DNA from: Pseudomonas aeruginosa
GTDB taxonomy: Bacteria; Pseudomonadota; Gammaproteobacteria; Pseudomonadales; Pseudomonadaceae
Direction: 5' to 3'
Assembly: GCF_001457615.1 (NCBI RefSeq)
Contig: NZ_LN831024.1
Span: 2,550,001 to 2,582,000 of the forward strand
DNA length: 32,000 bases
In this document: one piece after another, positions 24,404 through 31,947 of the stretch
Layout of the letters: every line of letters starts with the position of its first letter
Numbering within the stretch: the first letter of the stretch is position 1
Notes under the pieces: generated by a model
What the model was told of the DNA's origin: nothing
The model's input: only the letters and a program-made list of their open reading frames with translations
The model's database searches: none
Program-made: the position numbers and the translations under genes

Positions 24404-27289
24404 ATGCTGACAAGGTCGTTGCTGTCCGCGGTCTTTTGCCTGTTGCTGATCGCTCTGCAGCCGCTGCCCGTCGAAGCCGAATCCATCCTGCCGGATGGGC
24501 GTACGACGACAACGATGCGTCCCTGGCTCGATAAACGAGCCAGGCAGTGGCTGGATGCACGGGAGCCGCTGACGGTAGGCGTGGTTTCCCCCGACTATCC
24601 GCCGTTGTCCATCTTCTACGCAGGCTCCTACAAGGGCTTCACGGCCGATTACCTGGCCCTGGTGTTCGAGCGGCCGTTGCGCGTCAGGGACTTTCCGTCG
24701 CGGCAGGCGGCAATCGACGCGTTGTCGCAAGGGGAGATCGACCTGCTTGGCGTCGGTAGCGAGGTCGAGGCCCGACAACACGGCTTGCTGGCATCCGCTG
24801 CGTATCTTTCCGACCGGCCGGTACTGGTGTCTTCCAGCGGTGCCCCGTTCGATTCGCAGGCGGAGTCCTGGCTGGCCACGGTCAAGGGCTATCTTCCCGC
24901 CGAACGTATCAAAGCTGCCTATCCGCACAGCAGGATCATCTGGTTCGACTCGCCGCAGCTTGCCCTGGAAGCGCTGAGCATGGGGGATGTCGATGGCGTG
25001 CTGGGGGACGCAGTTTCCACGCACTACCTCATCCAGACCCATTACCTGCTGAACTTGCGCATCGAGAACTTCGCACCCATCGACAGCCAGGGTTTCCGTT
25101 TCCTGCTCCGGCCAGGTGACGAACCTCTGCTCGCGCTCATCGATCGCGCCCTGCCGCATATTAGCGGGCGCTACGGCGACGAACTGTTGCGCAGCTGGAG
25201 CGCCGGGCGGCGCCTGCGCTTCGACGAGCCCCGGGTGACGCTGTCGCCGGCGGAGCAGCGTTGGCTCTCCGCGCACCCGGTCGTGCCGGTGGTGATCAAC
25301 CATTCCCTTGGCGCGCTCGGGCAACTGGATAACGAGGGGAGGCTGAGTGGTATCGGGCGTGACTATCTGGACCTGATCGGCAAGCGCAGTGGCCTGCGGT
25401 TTTCCTTCACTGGAGCACGCAACTTCGTCGAGACGAAAAGTCGACTGGATGCGGAGGAGGCACTGGTTACGCCGACCATGCCTTCGTCGGAGCGCTTCGA
25501 TTCCGGCCTCGAAGTGCTGACGCCCTATCTACGCAGCGCCACGGTGCTGATGGGCGCCCGCCAGGGTGGCCGGGATGAAAGGGTGGGGCGTGTCCATGGC
25601 CTCGCGGACCTGGCGGGCAAGCGATTGGCGACGACGATTGGCTATTTTCTCAACGACTTCATTCGACGCGAACACCCGGAGATCAAGCTCCAGGTCTATC
25701 CGACCTTCCTCGCCGCCATGCGCAGCGTAGACGCCGGCCAGAGCGAGGCCGCCATCAGCAGCGACTATACCGGTCGCTATCTGTCCGCCCAGCATTTCGA
25801 GAACCGGATCCAGGTCGTCGGTATCCTCGATGACCTCTCCATCCCGATCAGCATCGGCGTGGCGAGGAACCAGCCGGAGCTGCAGGGCATCCTGGAGAAG
25901 GCGCAGCTGGCGATCGCTCCGGAAGAAGTGGCGGAAATCCTCCACCGCTGGGAGCCTCGCTTCGCCAAGGGAGGGGCGGACTTCTGGCGCGATCACCGGA
26001 GCAAGATTCTGCAGATCGGCGGATTGTTCGGCGTACTGATTTCCATCTCCCTCATCTGGGGTTTCTACCTGATGCGCCAGGTGCGCAAGACCCGCCAGGC
26101 AGAAGAGCAAGCCGACGCTGCCAACCGTGCCAAGAGCGTGTTTCTTTCGACGATGAGTCACGAGATCCGCACGCCATTGAATGCGGTCATCGGCCTGCAG
26201 GAACTGGTGCTGAAAAAGGGCGAGAAGGGCGTGTTGGACCTAGATTCGCTGAGCATTGCCCAGGAGGCCGCCCAAGGGTTGCTGCTTCTGCTGGGCAATA
26301 TTCTCGATTTGTCGCGGATCGAATCCGGTCGGTTCGATTCAGCTCCCGAACCAGTGCTTCCTGGCGAGTTGATCAGAGGAATCCTGCCGTTGGTTGGTGG
26401 GCTGACGCGGCAGAAGAATCTTTCCCTGGCACTGGAACTCGACGGGGATCTCGAGCACTGGGTGCTGGTGGATCCCCTGCATTTCAAGCAGGTGTTGTTC
26501 AACCTGCTGGGCAATGCCATCAAGTTCACCGAGCGCGGAGGGGTAACGGTGCGGGCGGTGGGGCGGCGCGAGGCGGAGAGGCTTCATTTGCTGCTCGAGG
26601 TAAGCGACACCGGCCTCGGTATTTCGGAGGAGGACCAGGCCAGGCTGTTCCGGCCATTCTCGCAGGTCGGCTCGCCTGCGCTTGGCCAGGCGTCCGGCAG
26701 CGGCCTGGGGTTGTATATCAGCCGACGCCTGGTGCACCTGATGGGCGGCCAGATCAGCCTGCGCAGCGAACTGGGCAACGGCTCCTGCTTCTCGGTCGAG
26801 TTCGATCTTCCGCTGACCGAGCCTCCGCCCAGCGAGTCCAGCGAAGCGCGTTCCGGAGTTGCCGAGGTCGAGGAGCGGAAAGAGGCAAGGGCGCTCTCGA
26901 TATTGCTTGCGGAAGACCATCCGTTCAATCGGCTGACCCTGACCATGCAATTGGAAAGCCTTGGGCACCGGGTGACCTCCACGGAAGATGGCGAGGAAGC
27001 ATTCGAACGTTGGCAGGGCGAAGACTTCGACGTCGTGATTACCGACGGCATGATGCCGCGGATGGATGGCTACGAGCTGGCGCGACGGATCCGGTCGCAA
27101 GAAGCCCTTGGCGGTCGGCGTCGCTGCTTGGTGATAGCGCTTACCGCCAGCGCCGAGAAGGATGCGCTGGAGCGTTGCCTGGCTGCCGGCATGGACCGGG
27201 TCCTGTTCAAGCCGACTACGCTCGATGAGCTCGCTCGGGCGCTGAACGGGGGAGAGCCGCTCATGCCTACGAGCGTCGATTCGCAATGA
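24404..27289 (+). CDS. Hybrid sensor histidine kinase/response regulator with two periplasmic PBPb (type-2 solute-binding) domains (BvgS/EvgS-like, no Hpt)
   Basis: Taken from ORF 24311..27289. ATG 24404 gives the signal/TM segment MLTRSLLSAVFCLLLIALQPLPVEA. Two SBP_bac_3-like modules follow, then a TM segment (ILQIGGLFGVLISISLIWGFYLM). H-box: FLSTMSHEIRTPLNAVIGL. ATPase G-boxes: DTGLGI and GSGLGLYISRRLV. C-terminal REC: ILLAEDHPFNR...DVVITDGMMPRMDG...FKP. The start codon is uncertain because there is no clear SD. Confidence 0.88.
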   Translation: MLTRSLLSAVFCLLLIALQPLPVEAESILPDGRTTTTMRPWLDKRARQWLDAREPLTVGVVSPDYPPLSIFYAGSYKGFTADYLALVFERPLRVRDFPSRQAAIDALSQGEIDLLGVGSEVEARQHGLLASAAYLSDRPVLVSSSGAPFDSQAESWLATVKGYLPAERIKAAYPHSRIIWFDSPQLALEALSMGDVDGVLGDAVSTHYLIQTHYLLNLRIENFAPIDSQGFRFLLRPGDEPLLALIDRALPHISGRYGDELLRSWSAGRRLRFDEPRVTLSPAEQRWLSAHPVVPVVINHSLGALGQLDNEGRLSGIGRDYLDLIGKRSGLRFSFTGARNFVETKSRLDAEEALVTPTMPSSERFDSGLEVLTPYLRSATVLMGARQGGRDERVGRVHGLADLAGKRLATTIGYFLNDFIRREHPEIKLQVYPTFLAAMRSVDAGQSEAAISSDYTGRYLSAQHFENRIQVVGILDDLSIPISIGVARNQPELQGILEKAQLAIAPEEVAEILHRWEPRFAKGGADFWRDHRSKILQIGGLFGVLISISLIWGFYLMRQVRKTRQAEEQADAANRAKSVFLSTMSHEIRTPLNAVIGLQELVLKKGEKGVLDLDSLSIAQEAAQGLLLLLGNILDLSRIESGRFDSAPEPVLPGELIRGILPLVGGLTRQKNLSLALELDGDLEHWVLVDPLHFKQVLFNLLGNAIKFTERGGVTVRAVGRREAERLHLLLEVSDTGLGISEEDQARLFRPFSQVGSPALGQASGSGLGLYISRRLVHLMGGQISLRSELGNGSCFSVEFDLPLTEPPPSESSEARSGVAEVEERKEARALSILLAEDHPFNRLTLTMQLESLGHRVTSTEDGEEAFERWQGEDFDVVITDGMMPRMDGYELARRIRSQEALGGRRRCLVIALTASAEKDALERCLAAGMDRVLFKPTTLDELARALNGGEPLMPTSVDSQ

Positions 27290-27379
27290 AAGTGCCCGAC
27301 TGGTTGCCGTTTTGCGTGCCGCGAGCGGATGTATCGGGTAATCTCTCGCAGAAATGAACCAGCACTAGTGAAGCGAACG

Positions 27380-27913
27380 ATGGGTTTTGAACAACTTGCC
27401 GAGCTGAGAGACCGTCTGCGCGCACAGGCGGCGCAGGCGAAACCGGCTCAAACCAAAAGCTCCGCGGGACGCGCGAAGAAACGTGAAGCCGTCGAGCCGG
27501 GAGTCGAGGCTATCTGGAGGCTGCAACGGCATTTTCCGCTGGCGTTTCCGAAAAGTCCCGCGGCCAAGGTTCCGCTCAAGCAGGGCATCCTCCAGGATGC
27601 GCAGCAGCACCTCGAACTACTGGGAATCACCGCCGAACAACTGAAACAGGCCATCGCCACCTGGTGCCAGGGCAGCCGCTACTGGAGTTGTATGGTGGAA
27701 GATGCGCCGCGACTGGATCTGCAAGGCCAGGTTGCCGGCAAGGTAACCGCCGAGCAGGCGGTGTATGCGCGGCGGCAGGCGTCTCGCCGGCAGCGCGAGC
27801 AGATGCGCGAGAAGCGCGCCAAGCGTGCACAGGCGGGTGGCGAAGCGCCGGCCGCCACGGAGGCGCCGACGCCTGAAGCGCCCGCAACCGAAGCGAGCCC
27901 CGAGGCGAACTGA
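27380..27913 (+). CDS. ProQ/FinO-domain RNA-binding protein (small, with basic N- and C-terminal tails)
   Basis: Taken from ORF 27329..27913. The core is IWRLQRHFPLAFPKSPAAKVPLKQGILQDAQQHLELLGITAEQLKQAIATWCQGSRYWSCMVEDAPRLDLQGQVAGKVT. It matches the ProQ/FinO pattern as I remember it for E. coli ProQ (FP.cF...PLKiGI.QD....l...qL..Al..y..s.rY......R.DL.G). Start 27380 versus 27329 is unresolved. Confidence 0.8.
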   Translation: MGFEQLAELRDRLRAQAAQAKPAQTKSSAGRAKKREAVEPGVEAIWRLQRHFPLAFPKSPAAKVPLKQGILQDAQQHLELLGITAEQLKQAIATWCQGSRYWSCMVEDAPRLDLQGQVAGKVTAEQAVYARRQASRRQREQMREKRAKRAQAGGEAPAATEAPTPEAPATEASPEAN

Positions 27914-27968
27914 TCGCCGGGGCAGGGCGCGTCGGATCCTGGCGCGCTCCTCGGTTGCCGGTCGCTGC

Positions 27969-28000
27969 GGGCCCATTTCGCGGACGTCTGGGCCCGTTTC
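27969..28000. repeat. Direct repeat GGGCCC(A/G)TTTC x2 with 21-bp spacing; a third copy is at 28659-28669
   Basis: Read directly. GGGCCCATTTC is at 27969-27979. GGGCCCGTTTC is at 27990-28000 and again at 28659-28669, so copies lie on both sides of tRNA-Cys. Confidence 0.7.
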
Positions 28001-28119
28001 TCCCGGCTTGTGCTACGCAATAGCCTGATCTGCAAAGTTTTTTTCGTAGAGCGCTTGCCAAGCTCGGCGAATCCGTCCATAATTGCGTCCATTCCAGCGA
28101 TGGGTGAGCTAAAAATCTT

Positions 28120-28148
28120 TTGAAATCAAAGGGTTATAAGTTCAAAAT
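28120..28148 (+). promoter_or_regulatory. Candidate sigma70 promoter for tRNA-Cys (TTGAAA-N17-CAAAAT)
   Basis: Hexamers at 28120-28125 and 28143-28148, about 50 nt upstream of the tRNA. An alternative further upstream is TTGCCA-N17-CATAAT (28055-28083). Confidence 0.3.
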
Positions 28149-28202
28149 CGCGCCAGGAAAGAAATTTCAGCGATATGCCAAACGCATGTCGCTTCGCTCA
28201 AA

Positions 28203-28276
28203 GGCTGAGTAGCAGAGTGGTTATGCACCGGATTGCAAATCCGTGAACGCCGGTTCGATTCCGACCTCAGCCTCCA
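28203..28276 (+). tRNA. tRNA-Cys (anticodon GCA)
   Basis: 74 nt. Acceptor GGCTGAG/CTCAGCC, anticodon loop TTGCAAA, T loop TTCGATT, and an encoded CCA. The T stem GCCGG/CCGAC contains one C-A mismatch, and the base of the anticodon stem has one C-T mismatch. Confidence 0.9.
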
Positions 28277-28281
28277 ACAGG

Positions 28282-28317
28282 AAAGCCCCGTAGCTCAGTG
28301 AGTTACGGGGCTTTTTT
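28282..28317 (+). terminator. Rho-independent terminator of tRNA-Cys
   Basis: An 11-bp stem AAAGCCCCGTA / TACGGGGCTTT with an 11-nt loop, followed by a T6 run. Confidence 0.8.
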
Positions 28318-28667
28318 CTTTCCTGTCCGGTATTGCTGAAGCAAGTTCCTTGGGGTGCCCCCATAACGCTTTCATACTTTTACGGTCTCGCAACCGCCTC
28401 CCTTTCCCGATAACCGCTCCGTAATTGCTACTTTCCCGGAGTGTCCGAGGAGTACCCCAGCACCTGTCACGTTTTCGGCCGTTGCCTGCAATCCAGCCCC
28501 GTGCGCGGCTTTCATCTGGACGCAAGATCCGGTCTGGGTCGGTCATCGGCTGGTCGTCATCGAACATGACCAGCCGAGCCGGTCTGTCCTGCCGCCTGCC
28601 TTCCGGGCCTCTATCGATCAACCGTTGTGGCGACCGCGAGCGGAAGGCGCTCGGCGGAGGGCCCGTT

Positions 28668-29708
28668 TCATCTTGCCTTGCGTTTCAAGGAAACCGGCAG
28701 GCCCCAGGTCAGGTCTTCCATGCCTGCTTCGCCGAGTATCTCGGTTTTCATCGGCTGGATGCGCGCGAGCACCTGGCGGCCCGTTTCATCCAGCCTTGGC
28801 TGCTCGCGATCGATGAACCTTTTCGTCAGCTCCATGGGCGCTGGCCTCATGAAGACCTGGATATCCTGCAAGGCGCACTTGATGTTTTGCGTGTCCACGG
28901 CCTTGCAGGTCTTCCTGTCATAGCTCACGGCCGGGGTCTTCAAGTGGAACCGATCGCTGAGCAGGATCTGCCCAGGCTGAATGGTGAAGGACAGCGGGGC
29001 ATAGGCGTCGGGTATCTGCGCTTGCAGCTTGATGGAGGGAACGTCCTCGATCTTCGTGCCTTCGGCCCAACCGGCATCCGAGACCATTTCCCGCTGGCTG
29101 TATTGCTGCTCGGTCCAGCCCACGCATTGGCCGGAGGCCATGTGCACGGCGCTGCAGACATTCTGTGTGTAGGTTTTGTCTGCATAGGAGGCGTCGCGCC
29201 AGTAGTTCTCCTTCACGAACCGGCGATACAGCACGGCGGACAGGTTCACCGAACCAAGTGGGCTGGCAGCCGGCTGCCCCTTTGGCGCCTTGATCTGGGC
29301 AAGGGTGCTGTCGATCTTGTAGTCGATCCCTCCGGACAGCAGGTAGGTTCCCGGCGGGACGATGTTGACCTCGAGGAAGTCCCACAGATAGACGGCTTCC
29401 TTGATCTTCTCCAGGTCGTTGTTGGCAAAGGCCTGCATGTAGGCGATCCCGGGCACGTCCTTGTTCTTGAATATGACCCGATGCGAGTAGCTGGAGAGGT
29501 CCGTCACGCTCTTGTTGGGCATGAGTGCCGGTACCAGCACCACGGACATGCCTTCGCGGGTAGCCTCATCGATCATGTTCAGGAGCTGGTTGGTGGGGTT
29601 CTGCTGGGAGCCGCCGAGTCCGGCGTTGCCTAGGGAGGCGCAGGCTGACAACAGGCTTGCCGGGAGCAGGATCGCGAAGGGGCTCAGACGCCGAGCGATG
29701 GTTTTCAT
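28668..29708 (-). CDS. Lipoprotein of unknown function
   Basis: 346-aa ORF with AAGGA RBS. Signal peptide with lipobox: MKTIARRLSPFAILLPASLLSAC. Codon usage is coding-like. I recognise no domain. Confidence 0.8.
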   Translation of the reverse strand: MKTIARRLSPFAILLPASLLSACASLGNAGLGGSQQNPTNQLLNMIDEATREGMSVVLVPALMPNKSVTDLSSYSHRVIFKNKDVPGIAYMQAFANNDLEKIKEAVYLWDFLEVNIVPPGTYLLSGGIDYKIDSTLAQIKAPKGQPAASPLGSVNLSAVLYRRFVKENYWRDASYADKTYTQNVCSAVHMASGQCVGWTEQQYSQREMVSDAGWAEGTKIEDVPSIKLQAQIPDAYAPLSFTIQPGQILLSDRFHLKTPAVSYDRKTCKAVDTQNIKCALQDIQVFMRPAPMELTKRFIDREQPRLDETGRQVLARIQPMKTEILGEAGMEDLTWGLPVSLKRKAR

Positions 29709-30131
29709 GAGATATCCTTATCTATACGGGCCAATGACTTAAGGCGAGTGCGGGAAGAATCCTAATCTACTCCTTGCGGATTCCCAAGGAGCGTTCGTCC
29801 CGCGCGTAGGAAGGAGCGTTTGAGTCGAGCGCGTCACAGCCTGTTGCTGCAATCCTGGGTACTCACATGCGTTCGAATGCTGGCGAGCCAGTGCGTACTG
29901 CGTTGGTGATGGCTCGCTGCGGGTAGAGTTCGTGCCGGTCATCGAGGGCTGGCTGCGTGGGGGCGCAATGAAGACGCGCATCCCAGCTCTTCTGGCGATT
30001 CGTGAGTGCGGATCAAATCTGTTTTACCGCCGTACGACTTTTTCCGTTCCCTGCGCCTATCTAACCTGCCGCTCTCTTCAACCCGGGATCGGCAGGCATC
30101 TCCGCTGCGGTTCCAGCATGTACGGAACACC

Positions 30132-30722
30132 ATGAAAAACATTCTCCTGCTCAACGGCGGAAAGCGTTTCGCCCATTCCGACGGTCGCCTCAACCAGACC
30201 CTGCACGAAACCGCCCTGGCCCATCTGGACCGCCGTGGCTTCGACCTGCGCCAGACCCTCATCGACGGTGGCTATGACATCCCGACGGAGGTGGACAAGT
30301 TCCTCTGGGCCGACGTGGTGATCTACCAGATGCCCGGCTGGTGGATGGGCGCGCCATGGACAGTGAAGCGCTACATCGACGAAGTCTTCACGGCCGGACA
30401 CGGCAGCCTCTATGCCAACGACGGTCGTACCCGCTCCGACAGCACGCAGAAATATGGCAGCGGCGGTCTGGTGCAGGGCAAGCGCTACATGATCTCGGCG
30501 ACCTGGAATGCACCACGGCAGGCGTTCGACGATCCGAGCGACTTCTTCGAGGGAAAAGGCGTGGATGCGGTGTATTTCCCCTTCCACAAGGCCAACCAGT
30601 TCCTCGGCATGTCCGGCCTGCCGACGTTCCTCGCGGTGGATGTGATGAAGCGCCCGGACGTCCCGGCTACCGTCGCTGCCTACCAGGCGCACCTGGACAG
30701 GGTGTTCGGGCGCGCCGGCTGA
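30132..30722 (+). CDS. mdaB: NADPH:quinone oxidoreductase MdaB (flavodoxin-like fold)
   Basis: An internal ATG of ORF 30006..30722. MKNILLLNGGKRFAHSDGRLNQTLHE...FLWADVVIYQMPGWWMGAPWTVKRYIDEVFTAGHGSLYANDGRTR...KYGSGGLVQGKRYM...FHKANQFLGM is near-collinear with E. coli MdaB as I remember it. Confidence 0.88.
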   Translation: MKNILLLNGGKRFAHSDGRLNQTLHETALAHLDRRGFDLRQTLIDGGYDIPTEVDKFLWADVVIYQMPGWWMGAPWTVKRYIDEVFTAGHGSLYANDGRTRSDSTQKYGSGGLVQGKRYMISATWNAPRQAFDDPSDFFEGKGVDAVYFPFHKANQFLGMSGLPTFLAVDVMKRPDVPATVAAYQAHLDRVFGRAG

Positions 30723-30846
30723 GTTCGACGGCGGGCCTCGTGTCGCTTCGCTGGATGGAGTGGCGGGTCGAAATCCAGGCTCTCGGGACGAGGCCTAATG
30801 GTCACGGATCCGCTATCCGGGCTTTTCTCGGCCACGACCCGCGAGT

Positions 30847-30893
30847 GATCCGAAATTCGATTTTTCCATCGATCCGTCGAATTAGATTTCATC
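30847..30893. repeat. Adjacent imperfect direct repeats (about 23-24 bp) upstream of kynA
   Basis: GATCCGAAATTCGATTTTTCCATC (30847-30870) is followed immediately by GATCCGTCGAATTAGATTTCATC (30871-30893). Nearby palindromes are CGAATATTCG (30922-30931) and CTTCGAC-CGT-GTCGAAG (30958-30974). Confidence 0.65.
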
Positions 30894-31046
30894 GGGGACG
30901 GGCGGGAAAGGATGCTTTGCACGAATATTCGAATGGGCGCATCGTAAAATGAGCGCGCTTCGACCGTGTCGAAGCCACCCCCGACAACGTTGCCGGCAGG
31001 TCGCTCATCGACTTCCGACGCCTGCCGCCGAATTCAGGAGATTCAC

Positions 31047-31913
31047 ATGTGTCCTTGCCCTCACTCCCAGGCCCAGGGAGAAACGGACGGAGAGGCTGAG
31101 TGGCATAACGCCGCCCTGGACTTCACCCATGCGATGAGCTACGGCGATTACCTGAAGCTGGACAAGGTTCTGGACGCCCAGTTCCCGCTTTCGCCCGACC
31201 ACAACGAAATGCTGTTCATCATCCAGCACCAGACCTCGGAGCTATGGATGAAGCTGATGCTCCACGAACTGCGGGCCGCCCGGGAGCACGTCAAGTCAGG
31301 CAAGCTCGGTCCGGCGCTGAAAATGCTCGCCAGGGTTTCGCGGATCTTCGACCAGCTGGTACACGCCTGGGCGGTGCTGGCCACCATGACGCCGACCGAG
31401 TACAACACCATCCGCCCGTACCTGGGCCAGTCTTCCGGTTTCCAGTCCTACCAGTACCGCGAGATCGAATTCATCCTCGGCAACAAGAACGCCACCCTGC
31501 TCAAGCCCCATGCTCACCGTGCCGAGCTGCTGGCGGCCCTGGAGCAGGCCCTGCATACGCCGTCGCTATACGACGAAGCGATCCGCCTGATGGCCGCCCA
31601 GGGGTTGCCGGTAAGCCAGGAGCGGCTCGCCCGGGACGCGGCGGCCGGCACCTGTTACGAGGCCTCGGTGGAGGCGGCGTGGCGACAGGTCTACCAGGCG
31701 CCGGAACGCTACTGGGACCTGTATCAGCTGGCGGAGAAACTGATCGACCTGGAGGACTCGTTCCGCCAGTGGCGCTTCCGTCACGTGACCACGGTGGAGC
31801 GCATCATCGGTTTCAAACCCGGCACGGGCGGAACCGAGGGAGTGGGGTATCTGCGCAGCATGCTCGATACCATCCTCTTCCCCGAACTGTGGCGGCTCCG
31901 TTCCAACCTGTAG
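31047..31913 (+). CDS. kynA: Tryptophan 2,3-dioxygenase
   Basis: An internal ATG of ORF 30966..31913, with AGGAG 6 nt upstream, gives a 288-aa protein. TDO signatures: [20 protein letters not shown]...[22 protein letters not shown]...[13 protein letters not shown]...[25 protein letters not shown]. Confidence 0.92.
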   Translation: MCPCPHSQAQGETDGEAEWHNAALDFTHAMSYGDYLKLDKVLDAQFPLSPDHNEMLFIIQHQTSELWMKLMLHELRAAREHVKSGKLGPALKMLARVSRIFDQLVHAWAVLATMTPTEYNTIRPYLGQSSGFQSYQYREIEFILGNKNATLLKPHAHRAELLAALEQALHTPSLYDEAIRLMAAQGLPVSQERLARDAAAGTCYEASVEAAWRQVYQAPERYWDLYQLAEKLIDLEDSFRQWRFRHVTTVERIIGFKPGTGGTEGVGYLRSMLDTILFPELWRLRSNL

Positions 31914-31920
31914 TACCGGA

Positions 31921-31947
31921 TGAGGCGCAGCATCCGCCTGCGCCTCA
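31921..31947 (+). terminator. Perfect 10-bp stem-loop after kynA (terminator-like, weak U tract)
   Basis: TGAGGCGCAG-CATCCGC-CTGCGCCTCA begins 8 nt after the kynA stop. It is followed only by GTCGTT. Confidence 0.4.

Noticed and set aside
28425-29633. 402-aa plus-strand ORF
   Set aside because: It is antisense to the lipoprotein gene, which has an RBS, a lipobox and better codon bias. No start context or motifs support the plus-strand ORF.
30751-30800. tRNA-like fragment (GGGTCGAAATCC resembles a T arm)
   Set aside because: The flanking 5-nt segments do not pair as a T stem, and there is no acceptor or CCA context. It is interpreted only as part of a nested hairpin.
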